Origin: Nitrosopumilus sp.
GTDB lineage: Archaea > Thermoproteota > Nitrososphaeria > Nitrososphaerales > Nitrosopumilaceae
Assembly (NCBI GenBank): GCA_965249555.1
Contig: OZ252243.1
Location: forward strand, 608,001-672,000
DNA: 64,000 nucleotides
Direction of reading: 5' to 3'
The notes under the pieces are model-generated. The model saw only the letters and a list, made by a program, of their open reading frames with translations. It ran no database searches and had not been told where the DNA came from. Below are positions 41,937 to 52,550 of the stretch, piece by piece; position 1 is the stretch's first letter; the number at the start of each line of letters is the position of its first letter. Position numbers and translations under genes: made by a program.

Positions 41937-42629
41937 ATGCCACATGTCTCAATTTATGTTGATGAATCAGGAGATATTGGATTTAAAAGATCATCAGAGT
42001 TCTTTACTGTAGGATATGTGTTTACTGTTAACAAGTTTCCTCAAAAAGAAAATAGGAGAATGAAAAAATTATTAAAGAATATCAATCTAGGTATCAAAAA
42101 ACACAATAAAAAAATTTCAGAATTCAAGTTTTCAGACAATACACATGAAATTAGAAAGAAGGTTTTACATGAAATACAAAAATTGGATGCAAACATTGGT
42201 GTCATATGTATAAGCAAGGATTCAGTAAAGGCAAAATTGAAAAAGGATCCCATCAGATTCTACAGCTATGTCATAATTGAGAATATTGCAACGGTGCTAG
42301 TAAATGATTATATGAAAACATATGATCCTTACAACAACATTCGTTTTACAATAGACAGAAGTTTATCAAAAAATCAGATTAAATCATTTAATGAATACTG
42401 TGAAGAAAAAATATCATACAAAACACATCAAAGGGATCAGGAAATGGAAATACGCACAACAATCAAGCATGAGGATTCAAAAAAAGTTCCGATGCTGCAA
42501 GTTGCAGACTATATAGCAGGTGCAACACAGAGAAAAATTGTACATAGAGATTCAACATACTATAATATAATTTCAGAGAGAATAAAACATCGTGAAAAAT
42601 GGGATTGGAACAACAAAATTAGTTGGTGA
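41937..42629 (+). CDS. DUF3800 family protein
   Basis: IYVDESGD, EFKF and DSK..PMLQVADYIAG motifs. Confidence 0.88.
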   Translation: MPHVSIYVDESGDIGFKRSSEFFTVGYVFTVNKFPQKENRRMKKLLKNINLGIKKHNKKISEFKFSDNTHEIRKKVLHEIQKLDANIGVICISKDSVKAKLKKDPIRFYSYVIIENIATVLVNDYMKTYDPYNNIRFTIDRSLSKNQIKSFNEYCEEKISYKTHQRDQEMEIRTTIKHEDSKKVPMLQVADYIAGATQRKIVHRDSTYYNIISERIKHREKWDWNNKISW

Positions 42630-42713
42630 ACCTTGACTGACCTCCCAGCTTATCCAAATAAGCATCATTGATCTGTCAAGACACTCCTGATTGCTCAAGA
42701 GACGTTACCCACC
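42625..42713 (-). ncRNA. Candidate structured RNA abutting the DUF3800 stop codon
   Basis: Stems CTTGAC/GTCAAG, GCTTAT/ATAAGC and CTCTTGA-GCAA-TCAGGAG (GNRA loop and G-U pair only on the minus strand); TATA-like element near 42740. Confidence 0.6.
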
Positions 42714-43119
42714 TAATCATAATACCAAGTATTCCATATTTATAATTATTCTATAATTAGATTTTATTGTATGTGTAATTTGGAGGGATAATCATAATAT
42801 TATGGATTTTACAGCTTTGGTTTGATTCGTAATTTCATTTTTGGAATTAACCAATAATATTCAAGATGTCTCAAATTGCTACGTAAATTAAAACAATTGA
42901 CACTTGTTAGAATATTTTCAATGAGATTAAAGGTCGTCTTTTTTCTCAGAACCCAAATCATCTAACAAACCAGAATATTTTTCAATGATTTCATCAGTTA
43001 TTTTTTCATCATTTTGGTTCATGTGCATTAGTTCTTTTTGTCGTATAAATAACGATCTGCTTTACAACTGAACGGTCTAGGCTAGTTCGTTGGTCCTGAA
43101 TATCATATAATAAAATTCT

Positions 43120-43255
43120 AGGCGATTGGGTACCTACTGCCCCTAACATATACTTCAATAGATCAAACAAATTACCATCCCTGTTACTGTATCTCCATTC
43201 CATCTCCTTGAGGTATAGTAAAAATTTACCCGGACACACCATGATGCCATTGCAA
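43120..43255 (-). pseudogene. IS1595-family transposase C-terminal remnant
   Basis: HHGVCPGKFLLYLKEMEWRY resembles the HGVS..HL..YL.EF.FR motif. Confidence 0.65.
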
Positions 43256-43358
43256 GATAATTATTTGATGCAGATGCCTCTGGTGTGACTTTATCATTTA
43301 GAGCTTTTCTCATTTGAATGGAAATTTTCATAAAAATTAGTGGAGCAAATTTAAAGGA

Positions 43359-44633
43359 TCAGGAATAAAATTTCATTATTAAAAAGAATAATGCAAATCC
43401 AATTAAAAACAGAATTCCTGCAACACTGGTAACTTTCAGTATTGTAGAAGGATGATCTAATTTAGGGAGGAATTTTCCAGTGACCAATCTAAAATTAAAA
43501 ATGGCAATTATTGGTGCAACCACAAAGGACATAACAGTGGCAAAATCCACCAATCCTTTCAAATTATTACCAAATTGGAATATCACAATTAATGAGCCTA
43601 TAGCGATTATCAATAGAATGGATATGTATAGAATTCTGGATTTTGTCCCTTCAATACTTTCATGTTTTGTAAAAAGTAACTCAACAGTCCTTTTCAAAGA
43701 TCTAGAATAACCATCAAATACGGCGATAATAGTTCCAAACATTATTGCAAAAGATGAAGCAGAGATTAGGATATAACTCCAGTCTCCAATGGTATCAGTA
43801 TACAAAGTAACCACCTGATGTGCAAATTGTGCACTATTGTTTGGAAGTTCCTCGCCAGAGCCAAAGAAGATGTAGGATCCCAAAGTTATAAACATTATCG
43901 CAAGAATGCCTGTAACTAAATATGCAAATTTAAATTCAAAAATAGTCTCTTTTAATTTTGGTTTATAATTTGATTGTTTGATTCGCTCCAGTGTCCACAA
44001 ACTATTCCAACTAGAAATTTCCAGAGGAGCAGGCATCCATCCCATTAGTGCCAACAGAAAGAAAATGCCAGATACGGATAGTAAATCCTTACTTACAAAT
44101 CCCTGAACATGTTCTATTGGACCATCATACAACACAAGAACAAAAGCAGCCACAGTAGACACTAACAATACTATTGCAACAGTTTTGATCAGACTGTCAA
44201 GGGCATTATATTTTCCAATTGTCAATATTGCAACACAGACAGCAAATAAGATAACCACGGTCCATTCTACAAGAAAATCAATTCCAAAGAGATTTTCAAA
44301 AAATCCCGCAGTAACAAACCCAACTGCACCAGTCACAAAAAACATGGATGCCATAGTGAGTATAAAGTACAACCACAGTGCAGGTTTGCCGAGTTTCTTG
44401 TATCCATCAAGGATACTTGTTTGTGTAGAATTTGCATAGCGGGAACCATATTCAAAGAAAGGATATTTCAAAATTATGGCTAAAATTACAAACCCCATAA
44501 TAAATAGACCGTAATCAGCACCAGCTCTTGTAGATTGAATTAGATGTGAAACTCCAATTGCAGTACTGGCAAATAATATTCCAGGACCGGCAGTTTTTAA
44601 AAAATTAGACAGTTTTTCATTCATCATATTCAA
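43359..44633 (-). CDS. NRAMP-family divalent metal transporter
   Basis: GPGILFASTAIGVSHLIQSTRAGADYG; many TM helices. Confidence 0.85.
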   Translation of the reverse strand: MNMMNEKLSNFLKTAGPGILFASTAIGVSHLIQSTRAGADYGLFIMGFVILAIILKYPFFEYGSRYANSTQTSILDGYKKLGKPALWLYFILTMASMFFVTGAVGFVTAGFFENLFGIDFLVEWTVVILFAVCVAILTIGKYNALDSLIKTVAIVLLVSTVAAFVLVLYDGPIEHVQGFVSKDLLSVSGIFFLLALMGWMPAPLEISSWNSLWTLERIKQSNYKPKLKETIFEFKFAYLVTGILAIMFITLGSYIFFGSGEELPNNSAQFAHQVVTLYTDTIGDWSYILISASSFAIMFGTIIAVFDGYSRSLKRTVELLFTKHESIEGTKSRILYISILLIIAIGSLIVIFQFGNNLKGLVDFATVMSFVVAPIIAIFNFRLVTGKFLPKLDHPSTILKVTSVAGILFLIGFALFFLIMKFYS

Positions 44634-44709
44634 AATTAGACAAGACTAACATTCCATATATCATCAACCCAAACTCCAATTATTTTGACATTCAATTTCC
44701 ATGAAGAAA

Positions 44710-45000
44710 TTACCTCGAGACACCTTTTTTGATTTGAGCAATATGTTCTTCATTAGATACAGGATTTCCAGCGCAACTATAATGGCCAGAAATCATAATT
44801 AATTCAGACTTGTGAGCATTGATTGAAATATTAATTTTGCGTTTAACAGAATCAGGATCTAAATTTTCTGCAACTGTTTTATCAATTCCAGGTTCTGTAA
44901 CTGCATCAACAGAGGAATTTTCTTTAGTCCAATTTGCCAAAGGTATCTGAATCCTTCTATCCATACATGTAACAGATGTCGCAAATTTTCCTTCAGCCAT
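44710..45000 (-). CDS. Putative carbonic anhydrase-like protein, probably degenerate
   Basis: CMDxR and GHxxCAGNP zinc-ligand pattern; short. Confidence 0.6.
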   Translation of the reverse strand: MAEGKFATSVTCMDRRIQIPLANWTKENSSVDAVTEPGIDKTVAENLDPDSVKRKINISINAHKSELIMISGHYSCAGNPVSNEEHIAQIKKGVSR

Positions 45001-45029
45001 GGTTAAACCAAATCAATATGGCTTAATAA

Positions 45030-45330
45030 TTATTTTTGATATAGAAAACATTCAGATGTATGATCGTTTATCATTCCCGTAGCTTGCATGAATGCATAGC
45101 AAATTGTGGGTCCGACAAAATTAAATCCGCGTTTTTTTAGATCTTTATATAATTTTTCTGAGATTTCTGCAGATTCAGATAATTTAGAATGTTTTTTGGA
45201 TTTATTTTTGATAGGTTTATGATCAGCAAATTCCCACAAATACTTGTCAAAAGTTCCAGATTCATTCTGAATCTTTAAGAATTGTTTTGCATCATTAATT
45301 GCATAATTAATTTTTAGTTTATTGCAAATT
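45030..45330 (-). pseudogene. tag: DNA-3-methyladenine glycosylase I, C-terminal fragment
   Basis: LKKRGFNFVGPTICYAFMQATGMINDH motif; N-terminus missing. Confidence 0.8.
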
Positions 45331-45438
45331 ATTGGTTCATTTTCTTGCATCAACTGGTGCACGAATAGGCGTTTTTGATCATTCTCTAATCATGCATATG
45401 AAAAAAATGCCTTATGGCAGGTAGTGTAGTGATGCTTT

Positions 45439-45858
45439 ATGCTTGGGCATGTAGACGAATATTGGGCGTTTTTGACTCCACAGGCGACAAAAATATTGAA
45501 TACATATCACAATCATCGCAAACGAAAAGGGGCATCTTGCAATGACACTCCAATATTTGGAATTGATAAATCAATTCAAAGACAGCTTAGATGGAATGGT
45601 ATCAGATCAATAGTGTACAGATCAACAGTAAAAAGCAAAATGTTCCGATACAAACATGGTGATCGTTATGATATACAAGCAGATCACGGATTTAGAAAAA
45701 GATTCAATACAATTCTAAAACTAGACAACACTGTAAATTACAATATTGCAGAAAAGCTAATGGGACACAAAAGTGGTCTTGATGGAGTATATTTTACTCC
45801 CACATTAAATGAATTGTTTATAGAATTTAAAAAAATTATATGTAAATTAGAGATTTAA
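45439..45858 (+). pseudogene. Tyrosine recombinase C-terminal fragment
   Basis: HGFRKRF and EKLMGH...Y motifs. Confidence 0.8.
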
Positions 45859-45957
45859 GATATAAATCATATTTTTGTGAAACTTGTAACGATTTCAGAT
45901 TCTATTTAGATTACTGTTTATAAGTAAGAAACTTCTTACTTAATATCAGGTGAATTA

Positions 45958-46212
45958 ATGCTAAAGACAGTAAATGTATCTGAAAAAGGTCAAATTGCAA
46001 TACCAAAAGAAATTCAGGAATTATTAGGAATTCAGAAAGGAGATAACCTAGTTATTACTACAAAAAACAAAAAAATTTTGATCCAAAAAGCTACAAATAT
46101 AGAAAAACGTATTGTGGATGACTTTGATGATCTACTAAAATACTCTGAATCATCACTTGGAAAATTATGGAACAATAAGAAAGATGATGTCTGGGAAAAA
46201 TATTTGCAATGA
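45958..46212 (+). CDS. AbrB/MazE-type antitoxin
   Basis: VSEKGQIAIPKEI...LGI.KGD motif. Confidence 0.88.
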   Translation: MLKTVNVSEKGQIAIPKEIQELLGIQKGDNLVITTKNKKILIQKATNIEKRIVDDFDDLLKYSESSLGKLWNNKKDDVWEKYLQ

Positions 46213-46544
46213 TTTTACAAAGACAAATAATTTTACTAAATTTCCCATTCTCAAATCTCAAAATATCAAAAGTAAGACCTGTAATCGTTATATCAAATGA
46301 TAAATACAATAAAAAATCCAAGGATGTGGTTGTTGTTCCGATAACATCAAATCTGACAAAAACTGATTATGACATGATCATTACAAATAACAACTTGGAG
46401 GAAGGAACTCTGATTGTTGATAGTAGAGCAAAAATAAATAGAATTTTTAGCGTAGAGCAAAAACTGATTAGACTCAATATAGGAAGAATCAATAAAAAGA
46501 CATTTTCTGAGATAAAGACAATTTTATCTAAACTTGTAGGATAA
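46209..46544 (+). CDS. mazF: PemK/MazF toxin
   Basis: FPFS....KVRPVIVISN...VVVPITS; overlaps the antitoxin stop. Confidence 0.88.
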   Translation: MILQRQIILLNFPFSNLKISKVRPVIVISNDKYNKKSKDVVVVPITSNLTKTDYDMIITNNNLEEGTLIVDSRAKINRIFSVEQKLIRLNIGRINKKTFSEIKTILSKLVG

Positions 46545-46819
46545 AACATTAGTTTATTTTTTGTGCTTGTAAGATTTTTCTTTTTTAATTCGCTCCAAAA
46601 GAACAGATGCTGGCTCATCATTTGGGTCTTGTGGTACTAGTTTGCCTTCAAATGCTTTTTTGAGAATACTTTTTTTCAAATGATCCATATTATCATCAAA
46701 TATTTACAAAATGATCAGTTTTAGGATGAGTTGAGTTATTTTGTTTATTAGAACGGTGTCTGTTAGATTGGGAATAATCTAATTCAACATGATAGAGTCA
46801 TCAATCATGGCGTATTTTC

Positions 46820-48307
46820 CTAATTCAACCATTCCCCACCTCTAATTCCCCATACATTATAATTTGCTTGAGCCAAATCTCCTGCTTCATTTAGTGTTGT
46901 TGGACCTATTGCTCCTATGTAATTCTCTGCAATTCCTGGGAGTGCAGCTTTAATCACACTAACATCACTGCTTTGGGTTTCAAGCATTGCCAGTCCAATT
47001 AACCACACGGCATCATATGAAGAATGCACAAATACGTTAGGAACCATGCCAAGTACTTCAGTTATATGAGATTGCACTTTGTTATATTTTGGGTTTTCTG
47101 TAATTGCAAACGCAACTGATGTAAATTGAACATTAGTTGAAAATTCTAGTGCTATTGGATCATCAATCAGACTGTGGTCTTTTGTGGTAGCACCTGGTCC
47201 GAACCATCTTACATCATGTAATATGTCATATTCGGATGCTGATTGAGTAAACTGTAGAATTTCCGCAAATCCCAAAAACATGACACCAACTTTGTCTGCT
47301 CCATATTCATCAACATGTTCTTGTACTTGTTGAGCTAATAGGGAAACTGATACAGAAAATTCTGGAGTCTCCGGATTGTAGCGAATAGGTTCGCCTACTA
47401 TTCCCCCTCTTTTGATAAATGAATCAGTTGTAGACTTACTTAGACCATCACCCCATGTGTCTCCCCTATATACTGGAACCAATACATCGATTCCTTCATG
47501 TTTCATTAGCTTTGCAAGTGCAGGTCCTTGCTTAGAGTCATCTGGAATTAGACGAAATACACTATCATTTGTAATAGCTAATGCAGGTGCAGTAGAACAA
47601 CAGCTAACTAACAACATGTTGTTAGAGTCCGAATAACCTTTCATGTGGCTAACATTGGAACTAGTTTCAGGTCCTATTACAATTCCAATTCCTTTGGCAT
47701 AAAGTGATGTTAGTTTTTCTAGTGCAGTTACTGGATTAGTTGCAGAATCTTCTGTAATCATTTTGAGATGCCATGGGGCATCAATGTCTTGCAAATGTTT
47801 GTTAAACTCGGATACCCCAAACTTTGAGCCCTCATTGCTTCCTAGTCCATGAGTTGACCAATCACCTGTTAGTGGAACGATTGCTCCGATGGTTACTTCT
47901 CCGGACAGTCCTGCTGTTTCTTCCATCATTGGATCTTTCATCATATCATCCTCCATCATTGGATCTTTCATCATATCATCCTCCATCATTGGATCTTTCA
48001 TCATATCATCCTCCATCATTGGATCTTTCATCATATCATCCTCCATCATTGGATCTTTCATCATATCATCCTCCATCATTGGATCTTTCATCATATCATC
48101 CTCCATCATTGGATCTTTCATCATATCATCCTCCATCATTGGATCTTTCATCATATCATCCTCCATCATTGGATCTTTCATCATATCATCCTCCATCATT
48201 GTTTCATCTACATCCATAACTTCTGTATCCGTACCTAATACTCCATAAGCAACACCGATAATAATTAGAATAACTACAACACCAATTCCTATTTGTTTAG
48301 TACTCAT
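46820..48307 (-). CDS. ABC substrate-binding protein (LivJ-like) with Met-rich repeat; probable 3' frameshift
   Basis: N-terminal anchor; IGAIVPLTG, IGPETSS and FRLIPDD motifs. Confidence 0.85.
   Translation of the reverse strand: MSTKQIGIGVVVILIIIGVAYGVLGTDTEVMDVDETMMEDDMMKDPMMEDDMMKDPMMEDDMMKDPMMEDDMMKDPMMEDDMMKDPMMEDDMMKDPMMEDDMMKDPMMEDDMMKDPMMEDDMMKDPMMEETAGLSGEVTIGAIVPLTGDWSTHGLGSNEGSKFGVSEFNKHLQDIDAPWHLKMITEDSATNPVTALEKLTSLYAKGIGIVIGPETSSNVSHMKGYSDSNNMLLVSCCSTAPALAITNDSVFRLIPDDSKQGPALAKLMKHEGIDVLVPVYRGDTWGDGLSKSTTDSFIKRGGIVGEPIRYNPETPEFSVSVSLLAQQVQEHVDEYGADKVGVMFLGFAEILQFTQSASEYDILHDVRWFGPGATTKDHSLIDDPIALEFSTNVQFTSVAFAITENPKYNKVQSHITEVLGMVPNVFVHSSYDAVWLIGLAMLETQSSDVSVIKAALPGIAENYIGAIGPTTLNEAGDLAQANYNVWGIRGGEWLN
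47922..48200 (-). repeat. Perfect 30-bp tandem repeat, 9 copies, encoding MMEDDMMKDP
   Basis: Unit CTCCATCATTGGATCTTTCATCATATCATC. Confidence 0.97.
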
Positions 48308-48660
48308 CTAAAATAAGATAAAAAATGATATATTTAAAATCTTCTGATTAATACGCTGTCAATCTTAGGGTCATTTGCCTTTACTGTTCAATTCGAATCA
48401 TGAAAAATTAAAGTTGTATGCCGTTACATATTAGGCATAGAAATAGACAGTTTTGGTTGTATGGGAATGTCATTTCCTATAATTCTACCACGATAAACCT
48501 TACTTGAAAGTATCATCATTTAGAAAATTAACAAATCGAATATAAAGTTCTGGCATACTCTCATGTAGCCATTGATACAGTCTGGAGACACCATATTGGG
48601 AGATGAAAATGGACTTTGTATTTTAGTTCAATATTATTTGAGTTTAATATACATTGAATT

Positions 48661-49230
48661 TTAATATTTTATAATTTTCATTGGATCAATTTTTGGGTGA
48701 GATTCAAGTTTTTTTATATCGCCATCAAATGTGTAGAATTCATCACATCCAATGTGTTTAGCTATCAACACATGTAAAAGATCTGCAGTGTATGCACGTC
48801 TAAATTCAGCTTTTACTGCTTGCCCAGAAATTATTCTTGAAATTTTTAGTGCCATTTGTTTCTTGCATGACTTTCAAAGCATCTGAAATAATATCTTGAA
48901 ATTTTAAATTTGGCACTTCTTCCATTTTGATATTAGGTAATGATAAGAAATGTGGAATTACTTTATTGTAATTTGCTAGACCCTCAGTTCTTACATGTAG
49001 TTCTCTTTGATCAGGTGTCAAAAGTCCAATTCTTGCAATATCATATGTTTCCATCTTTTGACATACACCAGCAAATTCAGTTAATGTAGGATTTGAAATA
49101 ATTCCTAAATGGGTTCCAGATTTACATTTGTTTAGAATATCTCTAGATCCAGTTTTTAATCTAACATTTGAGGTTGGAAGTAAATTGTATACTAGAATAT
49201 TAGTATCTAAATATGCTTTTTTAATAACTC
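48661..49230 (-). pseudogene. PIN-domain protein, frameshifted near 48850
   Basis: AYLDTNIL at the N-terminus and ADLLHV.IA...CDEFYTFD at the C-terminus, in different frames. Confidence 0.75.
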
Positions 49231-49233
49231 TAG

Positions 49234-49971
49234 TTATGCATCAATTTCTTCCATTATTTCTTCAACATCTACACCTTGAAGAAATTTTTTATCTGCAAAG
49301 ATTTCAGACAACTCATCATAAGCTCCAATATCAAGAGGAGGAATCTTACTTAGTCCTGATTTTTCTGCTAATTTTTTTCTAAAATCTTCATCATTAAACA
49401 TGAATGGATTTACTTTAGCAGTAGAAGTAATTGATGTTAAATCTATTTTCTTGTCAGTAAATGGTAATTCAAATTGTGAACTTGGGTCAGAATCTCTTTC
49501 TAAGAGAGTCTTTCTAACTAGAGCTTTAATTTTACTTTTGTCGGTATATTCTGGAAACAAGGCATATGCATCAGCCAATAACTCATTTAATGGTTTAGTA
49601 AAATAGTACAAAGTCATTGTCTTAATTTTTTCAAATGACTCTGAATGTTCTTCTTTAAATCCAGATAACATGTCTTTTCCTTTTTCAGTAATTAAATATC
49701 GGTTATGTTTATCATCATAATAATTTGATACAGGGTAGGAATCTACAAAATGATTATTAACTAGAAATTCGGTATCAGCAAATAATTGCGGACTAAAAGC
49801 ACCGAAATGGCTTGATTCCCAATCATCGTAAACAGATTCATTAGCTAAGATGATTTTATTTGTTAGTAAACCATACTTTTGTAATCTTGTATTACCATCA
49901 ACATATTGTGTTGAATCTATAATGGATAAAAGCCACAATGACTTGTCAGATAAATCCAATGAATTAGTCAT
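49234..49971 (-). CDS. SocA/Panacea (DUF4065)-like antitoxin
   Basis: GNTRLQKY.LL and HFGAFS..L motifs; upstream of the PIN gene. Confidence 0.65.
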   Translation of the reverse strand: MTNSLDLSDKSLWLLSIIDSTQYVDGNTRLQKYGLLTNKIILANESVYDDWESSHFGAFSPQLFADTEFLVNNHFVDSYPVSNYYDDKHNRYLITEKGKDMLSGFKEEHSESFEKIKTMTLYYFTKPLNELLADAYALFPEYTDKSKIKALVRKTLLERDSDPSSQFELPFTDKKIDLTSITSTAKVNPFMFNDEDFRKKLAEKSGLSKIPPLDIGAYDELSEIFADKKFLQGVDVEEIMEEIDA

Positions 49972-50169
49972 CCCGTTACGATATAAATCCGTAACTGATA
50001 ATTGATCTAGATCTTTGAAAAGTGACTTGATGGTAAAACAATATCGGATTTTATTATTGTAAAATCAGCGACATTCATTGCACCAAGATTGTCCCTTTTG
50101 AAATGTCCCTAAGATTGAGCAGAATAAATCTAGCATAATTAATTATACTGTAATGTTGTACCTAATTTA

Positions 50170-50721
50170 TTGAGTAAAAGAAAAATTGCAATTATTTCAT
50201 TTTTAGTAATTGTTGGAATTATCATAGGCTCATCAATAATATCATCTAATCAAGATAAACCAGTTGCAGAAAAACAAAAACAGCCCATAAAAGATTATTA
50301 TGAAAATGGACGGTTAAAAAGTGAAACACAGTATCATGAGAATGGAAAAATAGAATGGGCAAGACTGTATTATGAAAATGGACAAAAGGAATGGCACAAG
50401 TCATATTATGAAAATGGTAAATTATGGGTTGAAGCAAAACATCGTGAGAATGGAAAAGGAGACTGGCTAAAGGAATATTATGATAATGAACAATTATACC
50501 GTGAATACAAATACGATGAGAATGGGATTGAGAGATATTTGAAGTACTATTATGAGACTGGACAATTACACTATGAAGAACAATTCTATGATAATGGAAA
50601 TAGTATGTCACAAAATCTGTATTATGAGAATGGGCAATTAAGAAATGAAAAACATTATGACAAGTATGGAGAATTAGAAAATGAAAACCATTATGACAAG
50701 AATGGAAAATTAGAGAATTAA
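50170..50721 (+). CDS. MORN-variant repeat protein (YwqK-like)
   Basis: Repeated YYENG units; N-terminal TM. Confidence 0.85.
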   Translation: MSKRKIAIISFLVIVGIIIGSSIISSNQDKPVAEKQKQPIKDYYENGRLKSETQYHENGKIEWARLYYENGQKEWHKSYYENGKLWVEAKHRENGKGDWLKEYYDNEQLYREYKYDENGIERYLKYYYETGQLHYEEQFYDNGNSMSQNLYYENGQLRNEKHYDKYGELENENHYDKNGKLEN

Positions 50722-51297
50722 CTAAATTCTAATTTTTTAATAAAGTCTAAAAAAGACACTTTTAGATCCAAAAAATAGGCATGAATACACCTGAAAATTG
50801 ATTAAAAAAATATGATCATACTTTGCAAGTTATAACTCCCATCTGATTTTGAGGACCTAGATTTTTAGGCGTAAAAATTGAATATAATTCATTATTCCTA
50901 AATCCAGTCTTCTAAGGACATGGTGTTTTTAGATTCTTGTTTTGATTTTTTCCTTTGTTGAATCTCATCTAACTTTATTTCCTTTCATTGGGTTGGGAGC
51001 CTTAAGGAAAACCTGCAGAGGCTTTGATAGATGGAAAACCATCATTCAAAATGCAACACCTTACAAGGAAAATTCAGTTTGAAAGAGTCTAGTTCAGATA
51101 AAATTTACATTTCATAATTTATCCCCAAATAACTTTCATCAAACCCTATAGTGACAGAAGTATGGGAGGTAAAACTCACATACAAACAAAACTATCCATC
51201 TATGCCTAATATGTAACGGCACACGACTTTATTTTTTCAAATTTTTCATGTCCCGAATTGAACAGCATGAAATGTCCCTAAGATTGAGCAGACGTAT

Positions 51298-51498
51298 CTA
51301 AGGAATTATCGCCCTGCAGTTAGTAGGTTTTTGTAACGGAGTATAATCACATTCTACTGGAAAACCATCCTGAGGCAAATAATAATGTTCATTACTTCCC
51401 CAAGTTTTGTACAATAAATAATTTGCAACTACCACAAAACTAAAAATAAATACCATAAGAATCAAAATCACTATTGGAATTAAAATTAATTTTTTCAT
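51298..51498 (-). CDS. Small membrane/secreted protein
   Basis: Hydrophobic N-terminus. Confidence 0.5.
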   Translation of the reverse strand: MKKLILIPIVILILMVFIFSFVVVANYLLYKTWGSNEHYYLPQDGFPVECDYTPLQKPTNCRAIIP

Positions 51499-51512
51499 AA
51501 TAAAAAAAGAGG

Positions 51513-52064
51513 TTAGTTATCATAGTGCCAAGCGGCTACATACACATCCCACCAGAAGGTAGGAGCAGAATAAGCATTCAGATCAGGATTAGGTTCGTTA
51601 ACTTGCACTAAACTTAGAATAGGAGTATACCACATATGATTGACTCGGACATAATAATCATATATATGATTCTCATCTCTAAATTCACCATTGTCACAAT
51701 TACCATAACCAGTCGTGTTTATTTTGGCATAGACTTTACCATTATCCCTAAAATCAATCCAAGGCCACTGAACTTGATAATATCCCAAACTTGTTAATGT
51801 GGATTGAGCAGAAGACAGTTCATCATAACCGTGCAATCCAATTTCCAAGGGAGGTTCTGGGTGTTCGGTAGAACCATAAGTAATTCCGCAAGCAGACAAA
51901 GACCAATAGTTGACAGGTGTGATGTAAGAAACATTACTTACATTATTATCATCATATCCAATAGTTGTGATTTGAGCATTTGTAAGATAACTGAAAGGGC
52001 CATTAGCAGCTTCTGCTAAAGCAACGCCAGTTCCTTCTTTATCCCCATTCATGTAAGATATCAT
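51513..52064 (-). CDS. Hypothetical protein, possibly a fragment of a secreted protein
   Basis: 183-aa ORF. Confidence 0.5.
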   Translation of the reverse strand: MISYMNGDKEGTGVALAEAANGPFSYLTNAQITTIGYDDNNVSNVSYITPVNYWSLSACGITYGSTEHPEPPLEIGLHGYDELSSAQSTLTSLGYYQVQWPWIDFRDNGKVYAKINTTGYGNCDNGEFRDENHIYDYYVRVNHMWYTPILSLVQVNEPNPDLNAYSAPTFWWDVYVAAWHYDN

Positions 52065-52467
52065 TATTTTATTATGTAATTTAGCCCTACACTGTTAAAA
52101 CTTAGGTTGTTTTCATCTCATTGAAACCACTGTTAAGTTAGGTTGTTTTGCTGTTAAATTCGGTTGTTTAAATTCCTTAATCTAATCTAGTTTCAAATTT
52201 ACATTTTTTACATTTGCATACATTTTTTATTATTATCAAAGTGGCTTTACATTTAGGACATCTTGGTCTTTTAACATACTGATAAAGACCATATACACCA
52301 CCTGCAATTCCTATAGCTGCAAATATGAAAGGCAGAACCATAAACAATGATTAATTCAACCAATTAAAAAATCAAGCGATCATCTTAAGCCAACAACTAT
52401 CCTTCCCATTAGACAGCCAGCTGGCTCAAATTAACCTCTTGGGATTTAACTTGATTGATCCTGTTAG

Positions 52468-52535
52468 AGATTTTAACGTGCATAACGAATGCACGTTAAG
52501 ATTTTAACGTGCATAACGAATGCACGTTAAGATTT
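52468..52535. repeat. Tandem 31-bp duplication of an 11-5-11 palindrome
   Basis: TTAACGTGCAT-AACGA-ATGCACGTTAA twice. Confidence 0.9.
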
Positions 52536-52550
52536 AAAAATAATGAATAT

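Larger units (their letters stand above)
48351..51297. mobile_element. Cargo segment bounded by imperfect ~110-130-bp inverted repeats
   Basis: TCAATCTTAGGG termini; 23-bp perfect core TGCCGTTACATATTAGGCATAGA at 48419-48441 and inverted at 51199-51221; extra terminus copy at 50100-50123. Confidence 0.7.

Noticed and set aside
47824-48248. Plus-strand repeat ORFs (SLDLSSYHPP, SSIIGSFIIS)
   Set aside because: Antisense shadows of the Met-rich repeat
52121-52128. ATTGAAAC handle-like octamer among direct repeats
   Set aside because: No repeat stem or partner repeat
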